In this document: positions 51,737 to 61,783 of the stretch, piece by piece
How positions within the stretch are numbered: position 1 is the stretch's first letter
Layout: every line of letters starts with the position of its first letter
Assembly (NCBI GenBank): GCA_964486045.1
Contig: CAZALK010000015.1
Location: 77,228-141,227, forward strand
Reading direction: 5' to 3'
From: an uncultured archaeon
GTDB lineage: Archaea; Asgardarchaeota; Lokiarchaeia; Sigyniarchaeales; SOKP01
Length of the DNA: 64,000 nucleotides
Notes under the pieces: model-generated
Seen by the model: only the letters and a program-made list of their open reading frames with translations
What the model was told of the DNA's origin: nothing
Databases searched by the model: none
Program-made: the position numbers and the translations under genes

Positions 51737-52597
51737 TTAAATTTTTACTAAATTCTGTTCACGATTTTCATATGTACATATAGAAGATAAGCCCCATTTC
51801 TTTGCTTTCTCTATAAATTCTTCAAACATATATCCAATCTTTTCTGGTCTATGAGCATCAGAACTTAGCACCATCGGAACATCTCGTTGAATAATTTCTT
51901 TAACAATTTCATCGCTAGGAAATTGACTCCCAATTCCTTTAAGAGATCCCGAAGTATTAATTTCAATTGCCATTCCCTTATTTTTTATTTTATCTAATAG
52001 ATCCAAGAGCTTTGACCATGTGTTCTCGGAATAATTGGGTGTATTTGGGCGAAATAAAATACGATAATTATCAAAGTGGGCAACTACATCAAAATAATCA
52101 GTATCTATCAGCTTACCTAATTTGTTTAAATATTCTAAGGTTATTTTCTCATAACCATATTTTTTAAGAGCTTCAGAACCTTCCCGTGGATCCAATATAA
52201 TAACTGGGGAGTCATGCCATTTTATCTCGTGAATGGCGGCAAGTAAATAATCAAAATCATTCATAAATGGTTCCAGTATTTTTTTTTGACTAATTAGCGC
52301 TCTTCCTGGGGTAGCAAAATTAATTTCAGTAGATATTCGGATCCTTATTTTATTCTTATATTTTTCCTTCAGGTTTTTTATTTCTTTAATATAATTTGGG
52401 AACTCATTCACTTCCATCGAGACTCTATTGATTAATTCTTTAAATTGTGGGTCTTCTAATATCGCTCCTAGTGGAAAATGATCTGATATTCCAATTTCGG
52501 TAAGATTTTTTTCGATAGCTACTTTTACGTAATCTTCAATTTCACCAAAGGCATGCCCGCAACGTCTGTTATGAGAATGATAATCCATTAATTTCAT
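51737..52597 (-). CDS. Histidinol-phosphatase, PHP/HisJ family
   Basis: DYHSH..CGHA, SDH, AHFD, EINTS, SSDAH. Confidence 0.9.
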   Translation of the reverse strand: MKLMDYHSHNRRCGHAFGEIEDYVKVAIEKNLTEIGISDHFPLGAILEDPQFKELINRVSMEVNEFPNYIKEIKNLKEKYKNKIRIRISTEINFATPGRALISQKKILEPFMNDFDYLLAAIHEIKWHDSPVIILDPREGSEALKKYGYEKITLEYLNKLGKLIDTDYFDVVAHFDNYRILFRPNTPNYSENTWSKLLDLLDKIKNKGMAIEINTSGSLKGIGSQFPSDEIVKEIIQRDVPMVLSSDAHRPEKIGYMFEEFIEKAKKWGLSSICTYENREQNLVKI

Positions 52598-52798
52598 TTT
52601 TTGAACCGTTTATGAAATATAGAGTTATACATTTGAATATACATTTGAATATTATATTTAGTAGAAAAAATTTTTGGATTTACTATTTAGAATCAACCGA
52701 AATCTTAATATATGAGGGGTGATTTTGTTTTTTATGGGAAACTTATCCTATTCTTTCCGACATTTATGTCAAATAAATAATAATTTATAAGAAAAATT

Positions 52799-54586
52799 AT
52801 GAAAAACACTAAAAAAATTATCTATATTATTGCATCAGTTATGTTTGTGCAAATTTTTTTCCAAAACGCCGTTCAGAATGTTAATGCTGACATCAGCATC
52901 CCTGTTTCATATTATCAAGACCTTGACATCAATGGTACGTATGTATATAATGTTACTCAATTTGGGAGCACAGCAGGATGGTATAATTTTACTGGTGGTA
53001 ATGAAGGTAATTGGGAATCAAACCCTGGAGGACAAATAAGAATCAATTTTACTGGTTTTCATGATAAAGATCCTAATGATTGGGGTAGCATTTTTGGAGA
53101 TCCAATTCCTTGGTTAGATATCGAGATACTTGAATATAATATAGGGTTCTTAACAACAAATTTTACGTTAGACAATAGGTCTAATAGTGAAGTTGCATAT
53201 GCTCTCGCCCTTGGATTTAACTCCTTCCAATCGGGATTTTTAATTCCGAAGGAAAATTTAACTCAATTAAAGAATATAGCAAATAATCAATCAGATCCTG
53301 GAGGTTTATTTGATATTTTAGGAGAAGTTAAAGTAGAAGAAACCTATAATTTCTTCTATATTGGATTTGAACAAGTTGGGGGTGGGCAACAAACTTACAT
53401 GATATATGATAGAGAAACAGGAATACTTGTATGGGCAAAAACCAAGATTTTTGGATATCTACTTGAGATCCAATCTTTAAATTTCACTCTAGATTATAAT
53501 AAGAGTTTAAAATATGATATTGTGCAATTCGGGGGGGTAGCTGGTTGGTATAATCTTACTCCATGGCCTGAAAACTCATTTGAAGGCCAATGGAAAACTA
53601 ATACTAGAGGGCAAATAACGTTTAACTTTACAGGGTTATATGATAAAGATCCTAACGATTTATATAATGCCTTTGATAATCCAATTGCTTGGTTTGATAT
53701 TGAAATATTTGAGAACAATTCTGGCATTTTAATCTCAAATTTTACATTGAGCAATAGATCTAATAGTGAAATAGCCTATGTACTCGCACTTGGTTACAAT
53801 AACTTCCAACCTGGACTTCAGATTAATAATATCGATAATTTAACAGGAGTAAAAAATCTTGCATTACAAGAAGCTAGCGGCATTGTCCCTGGAATCGTTA
53901 AAACTGAAGAAACTGAATTAACTTTAAAATTTACATTTGAACAAGTAGGTGGTGGGCAAATAACTTCACTATTGTATGAAAAAAGGACAGGAATCTTATT
54001 ATGGACTGAAACTTCTTTCAGTAGTTATTTACTTGAAATGGTTATTGAGGGTTACACCCCATGGCAAAGTGAAGAGGAAGGAACAATTCAACCATCTGAT
54101 TTTCTCCAAGATTCTTTACCATATATACTAATCTCTTCCATAGGTCTTGTTTCAATAGTTTCATTACTCGCGGCATCAAAAGTAAATGTTAAAATCAAAG
54201 AATTAAATAAATACTTCTTGATCGGAATAATAGCCGCTGCAAGTTTTGCGTCTTTTTTTGTATTTTCCTCTAGTTTAGAGGTAGGGGAAGTTAACAGAGC
54301 ACAAAAAATAGCTACAGATCTAACCCTAATTGTAGACTATGGTAATGGAACAATAAAAACACAAGAAAATTTTGAATTGACTAATTATAATACTACCGCC
54401 TTTGACGCTTTAGCAAAATGGTGCGAAGTAGACTACAAAGAATATGGTGAATTAGGCATTCTTGTTGATAACATAGATGGGATTCAAGGAAATTGGCGTT
54501 ACTCGATTAATGGGGATTTTGCGGGAGTATCTTCAAACAAATATAACTTAAAAAATGGAGATACTATCAGATGGATATTTGGTTAA
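52799..54586 (+). CDS. Surface protein with duplicated extracellular domain, 2 TM and C-terminal DUF4430 (transcobalamin-like) domain
   Basis: Signal peptide; ~190-aa tandem repeat; TAFDAL..YG..V..IDG..WRYSING..GD.I.W. Confidence 0.75.
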   Translation: MKNTKKIIYIIASVMFVQIFFQNAVQNVNADISIPVSYYQDLDINGTYVYNVTQFGSTAGWYNFTGGNEGNWESNPGGQIRINFTGFHDKDPNDWGSIFGDPIPWLDIEILEYNIGFLTTNFTLDNRSNSEVAYALALGFNSFQSGFLIPKENLTQLKNIANNQSDPGGLFDILGEVKVEETYNFFYIGFEQVGGGQQTYMIYDRETGILVWAKTKIFGYLLEIQSLNFTLDYNKSLKYDIVQFGGVAGWYNLTPWPENSFEGQWKTNTRGQITFNFTGLYDKDPNDLYNAFDNPIAWFDIEIFENNSGILISNFTLSNRSNSEIAYVLALGYNNFQPGLQINNIDNLTGVKNLALQEASGIVPGIVKTEETELTLKFTFEQVGGGQITSLLYEKRTGILLWTETSFSSYLLEMVIEGYTPWQSEEEGTIQPSDFLQDSLPYILISSIGLVSIVSLLAASKVNVKIKELNKYFLIGIIAAASFASFFVFSSSLEVGEVNRAQKIATDLTLIVDYGNGTIKTQENFELTNYNTTAFDALAKWCEVDYKEYGELGILVDNIDGIQGNWRYSINGDFAGVSSNKYNLKNGDTIRWIFG

Positions 54587-54664
54587 AAATTACATATTTT
54601 CTTCTTTTTTTTTATTTTTAACCTGTTTGGTTTAAATTGGTTCTAATCTTAATATAAGGAGTTT

Positions 54665-55099
54665 TTAATAATTGCTTTCTTTAGTTTCGACTTTTTTTAA
54701 CACGGGTTCCATTTCTCTAAAAGCTTTTCTTATTTTATGGAAATAATACCCAAGTTTATAACCTTTTTTACAATTTGTAAAAAGCATAAAATCATTTGCA
54801 GCATCACCAACTAAAATAATAGTGTATCCTTTAGTTCCCTTTATAACCACATCTTTCAGTTCACCTTGATTTAAACCTTGGCTTATTTTCTCCCCAAGAG
54901 ATATCAACGTTGCGGGGCTTGCACTATATATATCCGAATCAACAATAGTTGTTTCTGAACTGGCAATTCTTAATCCTGTTTTTGAAACAATGGCAGTACC
55001 TTCTAAATCAGTGGAACTTTCTAATTGTTCTAATGTTCTCATTAATTCATCTAAGATTTGTTGACTAATCTCAAACTCTGAATCTTTAGCTTTTTCCAT
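54665..55099 (-). CDS. Roadblock/LC7 domain protein
   Basis: EGTAIVSKTGLRIAS, LGEKI, GEL..V.IKG..GY, KLG. Start taken as MEKAK. Confidence 0.88.
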   Translation of the reverse strand: MEKAKDSEFEISQQILDELMRTLEQLESSTDLEGTAIVSKTGLRIASSETTIVDSDIYSASPATLISLGEKISQGLNQGELKDVVIKGTKGYTIILVGDAANDFMLFTNCKKGYKLGYYFHKIRKAFREMEPVLKKVETKESNY

Positions 55100-55139
55100 T
55101 TTTAAAACCTTTAATATAATTATAATGGTTTTCAAAAAT

Positions 55140-56558
55140 TTAAATATTTTTTAGATGAAAACTTCTTAACTCTTTGAGATACACTGGATCCCCCTTCTTT
55201 ACTATTTCATCATTTTCCTCAATTCCTACAATTATAGAACCCTTAGTACCAAAGGTATTTAAAACTTTTGTGAAAGGTGGTTCTAGTTTTTTGCCTACAA
55301 TCTTTCTTGCACCAACAGCACTCTGAGCCAAACCAGTACAAATAATTCCTTGAGTATGGTTTGGATTTTTAATAATTCCCTTTTTAATTTTATATTTGAA
55401 GAACATTGGAGGATCATTATGAATTTTTATTATTTCTGCTGACCCCATAATTCTTAATGTTGCAGGAGGCATATCCAACCGACTTATAAGAATGCCATTT
55501 TTCTTTTTTCTTATTAAAACTTTTTCATTTAACATAATTACTGCTTTAAATCCGCGATCCTTATTTGAAATGGTTGTTTGCACTTTTTTTTCACCCATTT
55601 CATAATATGGGTACAAATATCCTGCAATAGTTAACATTCCAATAGTGATGTGAACTTGCGTTCCAAAACCAGTTTTTGGTTTAAATAATTTGTGGTTGTT
55701 TACATTGACTTCAACAATATCACAATAATCGAAAGCATCAGGGTTATTTGTAGCATAGCAACCTCGAAATAATTTTCCCAAGTCTATTCCTTTTATATTA
55801 ATACCAATTCTATCACCAGCTTTAGCAGATTCTACGTTTTGACGAAAAATCTGAATGCTTTTAACTCTTCCTGAAGATTTTATAGGTATTATTTCTAATG
55901 TCTGCTTTAATTTTAATTGACCACTTAATAAAGTACCAGTTAAAATTGCTCCTATTCCTTTTATTGGAAAATAATGATCAATAGGAAATATTACATCTCC
56001 ATCAATTTCTCTTTCTAAATTTAGTTTATTAATTATTATTAACATTCCTTCTTTTAATTCCTCAAATCCTTCTTTAGTTATCGCAGAAACAGTAAATATG
56101 GGTACATTCGAGCCAAATGAAGTAGTACCAAAAAAATTTCTAGTTTTTCTTACTTCTTCTATTTTATCACCTTTAAAAATATCCATTTTATTAAGAATAA
56201 CAATTATATTCTCAATATTAAGAGATTCTACCATAATAAGATGCTCACCAGTTTGGATCTGAGGACCTTTGTTTATATCAATGACTATTAGAGCGCAATC
56301 GATAATTTCTACTGAAGATGCACTTATTTTAATTAGATCAGCATGACCTGGACTGTCTACTAATGTCACAAGGTACTCATTAAGTATAAGGCTAGTGAAA
56401 CCAAGATCGATAGTAATTCCTCTTTCTTTACTTTGGGGATGGGCATCATTCCCTGCAGTAGATATAATATCACTCAAACCCGCTGCTACCGCAGTCTTTC
56501 CAGAATCAATATGACCGAATAAACCGATATGAATAGGAATTTTTTTGCTTATATCCAT
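55140..56558 (-). CDS. selB: Selenocysteine-specific elongation factor
   Basis: GHIDSGKT, ERGITIDLGF, DSPGHA, NKMD, IDHYF..KG.G; archaeal domain IV with FGTKG. Confidence 0.92.
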   Translation of the reverse strand: MDISKKIPIHIGLFGHIDSGKTAVAAGLSDIISTAGNDAHPQSKERGITIDLGFTSLILNEYLVTLVDSPGHADLIKISASSVEIIDCALIVIDINKGPQIQTGEHLIMVESLNIENIIVILNKMDIFKGDKIEEVRKTRNFFGTTSFGSNVPIFTVSAITKEGFEELKEGMLIIINKLNLEREIDGDVIFPIDHYFPIKGIGAILTGTLLSGQLKLKQTLEIIPIKSSGRVKSIQIFRQNVESAKAGDRIGINIKGIDLGKLFRGCYATNNPDAFDYCDIVEVNVNNHKLFKPKTGFGTQVHITIGMLTIAGYLYPYYEMGEKKVQTTISNKDRGFKAVIMLNEKVLIRKKKNGILISRLDMPPATLRIMGSAEIIKIHNDPPMFFKYKIKKGIIKNPNHTQGIICTGLAQSAVGARKIVGKKLEPPFTKVLNTFGTKGSIIVGIEENDEIVKKGDPVYLKELRSFHLKNI

Positions 56559-56721
56559 CTTAAACTAAGTAAAATTATGATGAAAGATATAAATTCCTTC
56601 TTTTTTGATGAAAAAACTAAATTATTTCAAAAATCGGACTCAATTAATTTTATTTACCATTTTGATTATAAATATAATATAATTTGTTTTACGAAATTTT
56701 GTACAATTGAGTGATGAATAA

Positions 56722-57585
56722 ATGGCTAAGTTTTGCGTCTATTGTGGAAGCTCTATAAAAGAGACGGATAAATTCTGCATCGTTTGTGGTAAACCTCTTC
56801 TTACAGATATTCCAAAACATGAAACTCAATCTCAAATCAAAGATATTCCAATAGAAAAGGAATCTGACGATATTTTGACTGAAAGAAAGGATGAAGAACC
56901 GGAGAGAAAGGGTTTGAGCCTACTAAATAACGAAAAAGATAAAAAGAAATCAAAAAAACATATTGAAACAAAGGCTATTAAACCTCTTCCCGAAGAAGTA
57001 AAGGAGCAGATGGTCTTTTATATTGAATTTAATGATATCCAATTAAATAAGAAAGTTTTAATAGAAAGATTAGATGAAATATCAAAATTAACGAAAGATC
57101 CGAAGTATGATTATGATGCCGATTTCAAAAAAGAAGTCAATATTAAACTCCTAGCTATAAAGACATTAATAGAAGAAATGAAACAAAAGGAAAATGTCAT
57201 AAAGCAGAGTCTAGAAGACCCCTTTATAGTTCAGAGGATCCAAAATGATATCGATACAAAGATATTTCAGCTTGAGAATTTGAGTCGAGAACATAAATTA
57301 CATAAAGTAGATAATGAAACTTTTGAAAAATTAAAAGAAAAATATAAGCAAGAGAAAGTAGAATTAGAATTAGAACGAAAAAACTTAGTAGACGGAATGA
57401 AATTATGGATTCAAGACTTAAAATTAGAGAAAGCGGAGTTATCAGGTGAACGTAAGCTAAATAAAGGCAGATTTCATGCGAAAGAGATAATTGAAGAGGA
57501 GTTCAAAGGAAAGGATAAAGAGTTCGAATTACGATTAAAAAAAATTGATACAAAAATTAAGACACTGCAACAATTAACAAAGTGA
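56722..57585 (+). CDS. Zinc-ribbon plus long coiled-coil protein
   Basis: FCVYCG..FCIVCG, then a K/E-rich heptad region. Confidence 0.75.
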   Translation: MAKFCVYCGSSIKETDKFCIVCGKPLLTDIPKHETQSQIKDIPIEKESDDILTERKDEEPERKGLSLLNNEKDKKKSKKHIETKAIKPLPEEVKEQMVFYIEFNDIQLNKKVLIERLDEISKLTKDPKYDYDADFKKEVNIKLLAIKTLIEEMKQKENVIKQSLEDPFIVQRIQNDIDTKIFQLENLSREHKLHKVDNETFEKLKEKYKQEKVELELERKNLVDGMKLWIQDLKLEKAELSGERKLNKGRFHAKEIIEEEFKGKDKEFELRLKKIDTKIKTLQQLTK

Positions 57586-57635
57586 AATTACTATAAAACT
57601 ATTTTTATGATACAATATTTATAAATTCGATAAAT

Positions 57636-57761
57636 ATGAGAAACAAGATTATCGCTGTTATAATTCTGCTTATTGCATTATCACTATTGGCATTAGGGAT
57701 AGCTCAAGGACAACAGAGCTTAATAAGTTCCTTTTACGATAAAATGGTGCTTGTTCCTTAA
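57636..57761 (+). CDS. 41-aa putative single-TM peptide, absent from the ORF track
   Basis: MRNKIIAVIILLIALSLLALGIAQGQQSLISSFYDKMVLVP. Confidence 0.45.
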   Translation: MRNKIIAVIILLIALSLLALGIAQGQQSLISSFYDKMVLVP

Positions 57762-58057
57762 ATTTCCCACTTTCCTTTTTTACTTGAATTTGAATCCTCA
57801 AGAAAGCCTTTCTTTTGAAAAATCTTTTCTTGAGATTTTCTCACTTTATTGGACTGATTATAATGTGGTTTACATAAATATACTCTGCGAGAAGGATTTT
57901 CTTTCAGTTTCAGATCTGATTTTTCAATATATTTCTTCCACGCATTCTCCGAAAGAGAGCGAATTGCATTCTCATCACATTCAACTACAGAACACTTTCT
58001 GGTTTTCACCGTTCCTCCAATATCTCTTTTATCTCTAATCTCTTTAGGAAGCTTCAT
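57758..58057 (-). CDS. Small archaeal Zn-binding protein
   Basis: CSVVEC..A.RSLS..RRVYLCKPHY. Confidence 0.7.
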   Translation of the reverse strand: MKLPKEIRDKRDIGGTVKTRKCSVVECDENAIRSLSENAWKKYIEKSDLKLKENPSRRVYLCKPHYNQSNKVRKSQEKIFQKKGFLEDSNSSKKGKWEI

Positions 58058-58123
58058 GATTTTACAGTTGCTAAAAACTTTTTTAGGAATAAATATTATG
58101 ATTTTTAAATATTTTTAAAATTT

Positions 58124-58822
58124 TTGTTACATCAAATGGAAACGAAAGACTTGATTTTCAACGAAAATCTGATTAAAAAAAAAACTTATACCTGCAACTC
58201 TCCTTTAAGGGCTTCTCTTAAGGATAGTCATTTTACAAAAGCAGCAGTTCTTTTTTCAATAATCCCCCACGTAAATAAACCTTATGAGCTTATTTTAATT
58301 CACCGTTCAAATATGGGTACAAGGCATAGAGGTGAAATGTCCTTTCCCGGAGGCAAGTTTGAATCTAACGTAGATAACTCTTTAAAAGATACAGCTTTGA
58401 GAGAAACCGAGGAGGAAATAGGTGTTCCTAAGAATAATATTAGAATCATAGGATGCTTAGATGATTTTCCAACGATTTCGAAATTTATTGTGACCCCCTT
58501 TCTCGGGCTTATAAGGAACAACCAAAAACTTAAGAGAGATGAGAGAGAAGTTCAAAAAATCGTGAAAGTCCCAATTGATTTTTTTATTAATAAAAGTAAT
58601 TTCATGGAACAAGAGTTTGAAATAGGTAATGAAAAATATCCTGTTTTTTATTTTAACTTTTTAAACCAAGAAAATGGGAAAACTTATACAATCTGGGGGG
58701 CAACTGCCTTTCTAATAACATTCTTCCTTGAATTAGTCTACAATATTCAAATCGGGTCAAGTAAAGCAAGGAGACCAACATTGGATGATATCATAAAAAG
58801 ACACCAATATTTTAATTTATAA
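58124..58822 (+). CDS. Nudix CoA pyrophosphatase
   Basis: AAVL, H.GE.SFPGG, ALRETEEEIG, IWGATA. Confidence 0.92.
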   Translation: MLHQMETKDLIFNENLIKKKTYTCNSPLRASLKDSHFTKAAVLFSIIPHVNKPYELILIHRSNMGTRHRGEMSFPGGKFESNVDNSLKDTALRETEEEIGVPKNNIRIIGCLDDFPTISKFIVTPFLGLIRNNQKLKRDEREVQKIVKVPIDFFINKSNFMEQEFEIGNEKYPVFYFNFLNQENGKTYTIWGATAFLITFFLELVYNIQIGSSKARRPTLDDIIKRHQYFNL

Positions 58823-59364
58823 AATTTTGCACATTATTTTATAGGAGGTTATAATCTAGCAATCATAACTCTCCTGGAGCGAGAAGAGCTAATATTGATC
58901 ATCCAAATGAAAAAATCGTTAGATAGTTTCTAAAATTTTATCCGTCTAGATCCTATTTTATCTTTTCAAGTTTGATGGTATAATCTGGACAATTTCTACA
59001 CTCTGGGATTTTACACAGAAACTGAATTTTTGGTAAATTACATGATGGAAAGAAGGGACACTCAAGTAAATTTAGATCAGTATATAGGTTTGTACCACTG
59101 CTCATATATCTTCACTCATATTAAAGTTTTATTTTAAAATACATAGCTGCTATTTCTAAATAAAGAGAAAAACAGTCTTAATTTAGTAAATCATAAATTA
59201 AATTAGTTTTATTTTGAAGAGGATACCTTATTAAACCTTATAATATCTACATAATACAGTTAATGATTATGAATTGATGAGGAGATATATTTTTGTTAAC
59301 ATTAAAGAATAAACTTCAATTACCATCGAAAATTTTTTAGCGATAATATTTAATATTTAGGTGA

Positions 59365-60594
59365 ATGGTGTATAATATGAAGTACAGAAAAATGGGTTCG
59401 CTTGAGTGGGAGGTTTCGGCTCTTGGATTTGGAGCAATGAGGTTACCAATGAACCAACAAATGAGGGTTGACGAAGAAGAAGCAATCAAAATGATTCGCT
59501 ACGCTATTGATAATGGAGTAAATTATGTTGATACAGCTTATCCGTATCATATGGGTGAAAGCGAAGTGATTGTAGGGAAAGCCTTAAAAGATGGATATCG
59601 TGAGAAAATTCATCTCACTACAAAATCTCCACTCTGGATGATTAAAAAGGCTGAAGATTTTGAAATTTATCTGAAAGAACAAATTAAAAGGTTACAAACA
59701 AAACCAGATATTTACCTCTTCCATGGATTAAATCGGGGTAGACTTGAAAAGATTAAAAATTTAAACTTAATTGAAAAAATCGAAGATGCCAAAAGAAATG
59801 GTTTACTTAAATATATTGGTTTTTCCTTTCATGATGATTTTAAAGTATTTAAAGAGATTATTGATTATTATAAATGGGATTGTTGTCAGATGCAATACAA
59901 CTATCTAGATATTGAATTTCAAGCTGGAACGAAAGGTGTACAATACGCTGGTAGTAAAGGTATAGCCTTAATAATAATGGAGCCTATCCGAGGTGGAAAG
60001 TTGGCAATCCCAGAGCGTGTTTTGAGTAGAAAACCTGAAATTAAGGAAGTATTAGATAAATCGCAAATTAAGAGAAGTATGCCTGATTGGGCTTTACAAT
60101 TCGTATGGAATCATCCAGAAGTTTCAGTGGTATTAAGTGGAATGAGTACTATGCAGCATGTTATAGAAAATATAGAATCTGCAAATAACTCAGGAGTCAA
60201 TTCCCTCACAAAAGAGGAATTACAAACTATATCTGATTTACGTGAAGCCTATAATAAATATACTATTGTACCTTGTACAAGTTGTAGGTATTGCTTACCG
60301 TGTCCGAATGGGGTTTCAATTCCAAATGTACTAAGATTGATAAATGATCTCTACTATTGGGGTGATCGTAGTAGACCTAGACTTAATTTTGTCGTTAATA
60401 GGATGGCAAAAACTCAAGAGGATCTCGAAAAACGAAAAGCTGACAGTGAGGAAGTTGAAGGAGCTGCCACCTTATGTATACAATGTGAGGAGTGCCTTGA
60501 AAAATGTCCTCAGCAAATTGATATCCCTACTTGCATGGAAAATGCTAATTCCTTATTCGAGGAAGGAAAAAGCATATCAGAAGTATTTGGATAA
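59365..60594 (+). CDS. Aldo/keto reductase with C-terminal Fe-S domain
   Basis: GFGAMRLP, DTAYPY, GFSFH, MEPIRGG, CTSCRYCLPCP, CIQCEECLEKCPQ. Confidence 0.93.
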   Translation: MVYNMKYRKMGSLEWEVSALGFGAMRLPMNQQMRVDEEEAIKMIRYAIDNGVNYVDTAYPYHMGESEVIVGKALKDGYREKIHLTTKSPLWMIKKAEDFEIYLKEQIKRLQTKPDIYLFHGLNRGRLEKIKNLNLIEKIEDAKRNGLLKYIGFSFHDDFKVFKEIIDYYKWDCCQMQYNYLDIEFQAGTKGVQYAGSKGIALIIMEPIRGGKLAIPERVLSRKPEIKEVLDKSQIKRSMPDWALQFVWNHPEVSVVLSGMSTMQHVIENIESANNSGVNSLTKEELQTISDLREAYNKYTIVPCTSCRYCLPCPNGVSIPNVLRLINDLYYWGDRSRPRLNFVVNRMAKTQEDLEKRKADSEEVEGAATLCIQCEECLEKCPQQIDIPTCMENANSLFEEGKSISEVFG

Positions 60595-60601
60595 TATTAT
60601 T

Positions 60602-60694
60602 GGCCCTTGACGGTTAGAGTGGTCTCTGACGCTGGGCTTCAAACCCAGCTATCCTGCGAAGGGATAGGGGTTCGATTCCCCTCGAGGGCCGCCA
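60602..60694 (+). tRNA. selC: tRNA-Sec (anticodon UCA)
   Basis: 9-bp acceptor GGCCCTTGA/TCGAGGGCC; 7-bp D stem with TGGT loop; 6-bp anticodon stem with loop CTTCAAA; long variable arm; 4-bp T stem; G73 and encoded CCA. Confidence 0.96.
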
Positions 60695-60697
60695 TTT

Positions 60698-61582
60698 TTA
60701 TTTTTTCTTCCACAGAATCCGTCCATTTCTCTCAATTTTTTTAATTTTCCCAGCTTGTTTTAAATAATAAAGATAATTTAGAGTATCATATTGCCGGAAT
60801 ATTTTCATCAAGGGGTTTTGATCCCAGATTGCTAAATCTCTATTACCATTACGTCTGCCAAGGATTTCTACAACTGTTAGTTCACCATCAATTAAGTCTA
60901 AGATTCTCTTCCCTGTACCAATTAATTTCTTTTGATATATTTTTAATTCAGACTGAATTTTAATAATATTTAAAATCGGTCTGCCATGACCGGGCAAAAA
61001 TACCTCGATATTGAGTTTTAATAATTTATTAATTGATTTATAAAAATCGTTAACATTACTAGTTGCATTGCTAACCCATGGTCTACCAACTAAGTCTACA
61101 TCACCTGCGATAAGGGTATCTGATTTATAGAAACAACAGTGTCCTGGTGTATGACCCGGTGTGTGAATAACCCTAAAATTTCCAGGTAAAAGATCTCCCT
61201 CCTTAAATATAATATCTGGAATTACATGTCTATACCCTAAATTCTCGAAGATTGATTTATAATGAATCTTCGCATCACCTCTTAAACCGTATTGTCGTAG
61301 ATATTCCTCCATATTTGCCATAGCTTTAGCGTCGTTTCTATGAATTAGAATTTGAGCATCATCATTCTTACTCTTTATAAACGCATTACTTGATGTATGA
61401 TCTACATGGAAATGAGTATTGACAATATATTTAATGCTCTCCCACGATTTACCCATCTTATTTAATTCTCTTTCAAGGAGGTCTCTTCCACATTGAGGAT
61501 CAAATAATGTAATTTCTTCTCCTTCAATCAATAAGTAAGTATGACAATGCGGGAATCTCCCTCCATTATCACCAAATATCAT
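60698..61582 (-). CDS. MBL-fold metallo-hydrolase
   Basis: THFHVDH, TPGHTPGH, GD, PGHG. Frame extends upstream to ATC 61621 / ATA 61624. Confidence 0.9.
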   Translation of the reverse strand: MIFGDNGGRFPHCHTYLLIEGEEITLFDPQCGRDLLERELNKMGKSWESIKYIVNTHFHVDHTSSNAFIKSKNDDAQILIHRNDAKAMANMEEYLRQYGLRGDAKIHYKSIFENLGYRHVIPDIIFKEGDLLPGNFRVIHTPGHTPGHCCFYKSDTLIAGDVDLVGRPWVSNATSNVNDFYKSINKLLKLNIEVFLPGHGRPILNIIKIQSELKIYQKKLIGTGKRILDLIDGELTVVEILGRRNGNRDLAIWDQNPLMKIFRQYDTLNYLYYLKQAGKIKKIERNGRILWKKK

Positions 61583-61783
61583 GAAAAGATTCTCAATGCT
61601 ATGGATTTTCTGAATTGTGATTATGTTTCTCCCTTTTCTTGGTTAAATTTACAACAAATTTTCGAGAAAAAATTCAATCAAGATTTTAATGAAATACCAA
61701 AAAAGTTATTTGAAAGAATAATTTATTTATTGTACTTATTTAGTTTGAATATTAATTCTAATATGAAGTTATAGTGATATAGA

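Noticed and set aside
52626-52760. Cobalamin riboswitch, and a 12-bp tandem TATACATTTGAA x2
   Set aside because: No B12-box or conserved core visible; the tandem is short and AT-rich.
58840-59150. GGAGG site, short hairpin and broken frames
   Set aside because: No coherent ORF; may be a decayed gene but cannot be assigned.
60602-60694. tRNA-Sec as an integration site
   Set aside because: No duplicated tRNA 3' end or integrase was found in the window.
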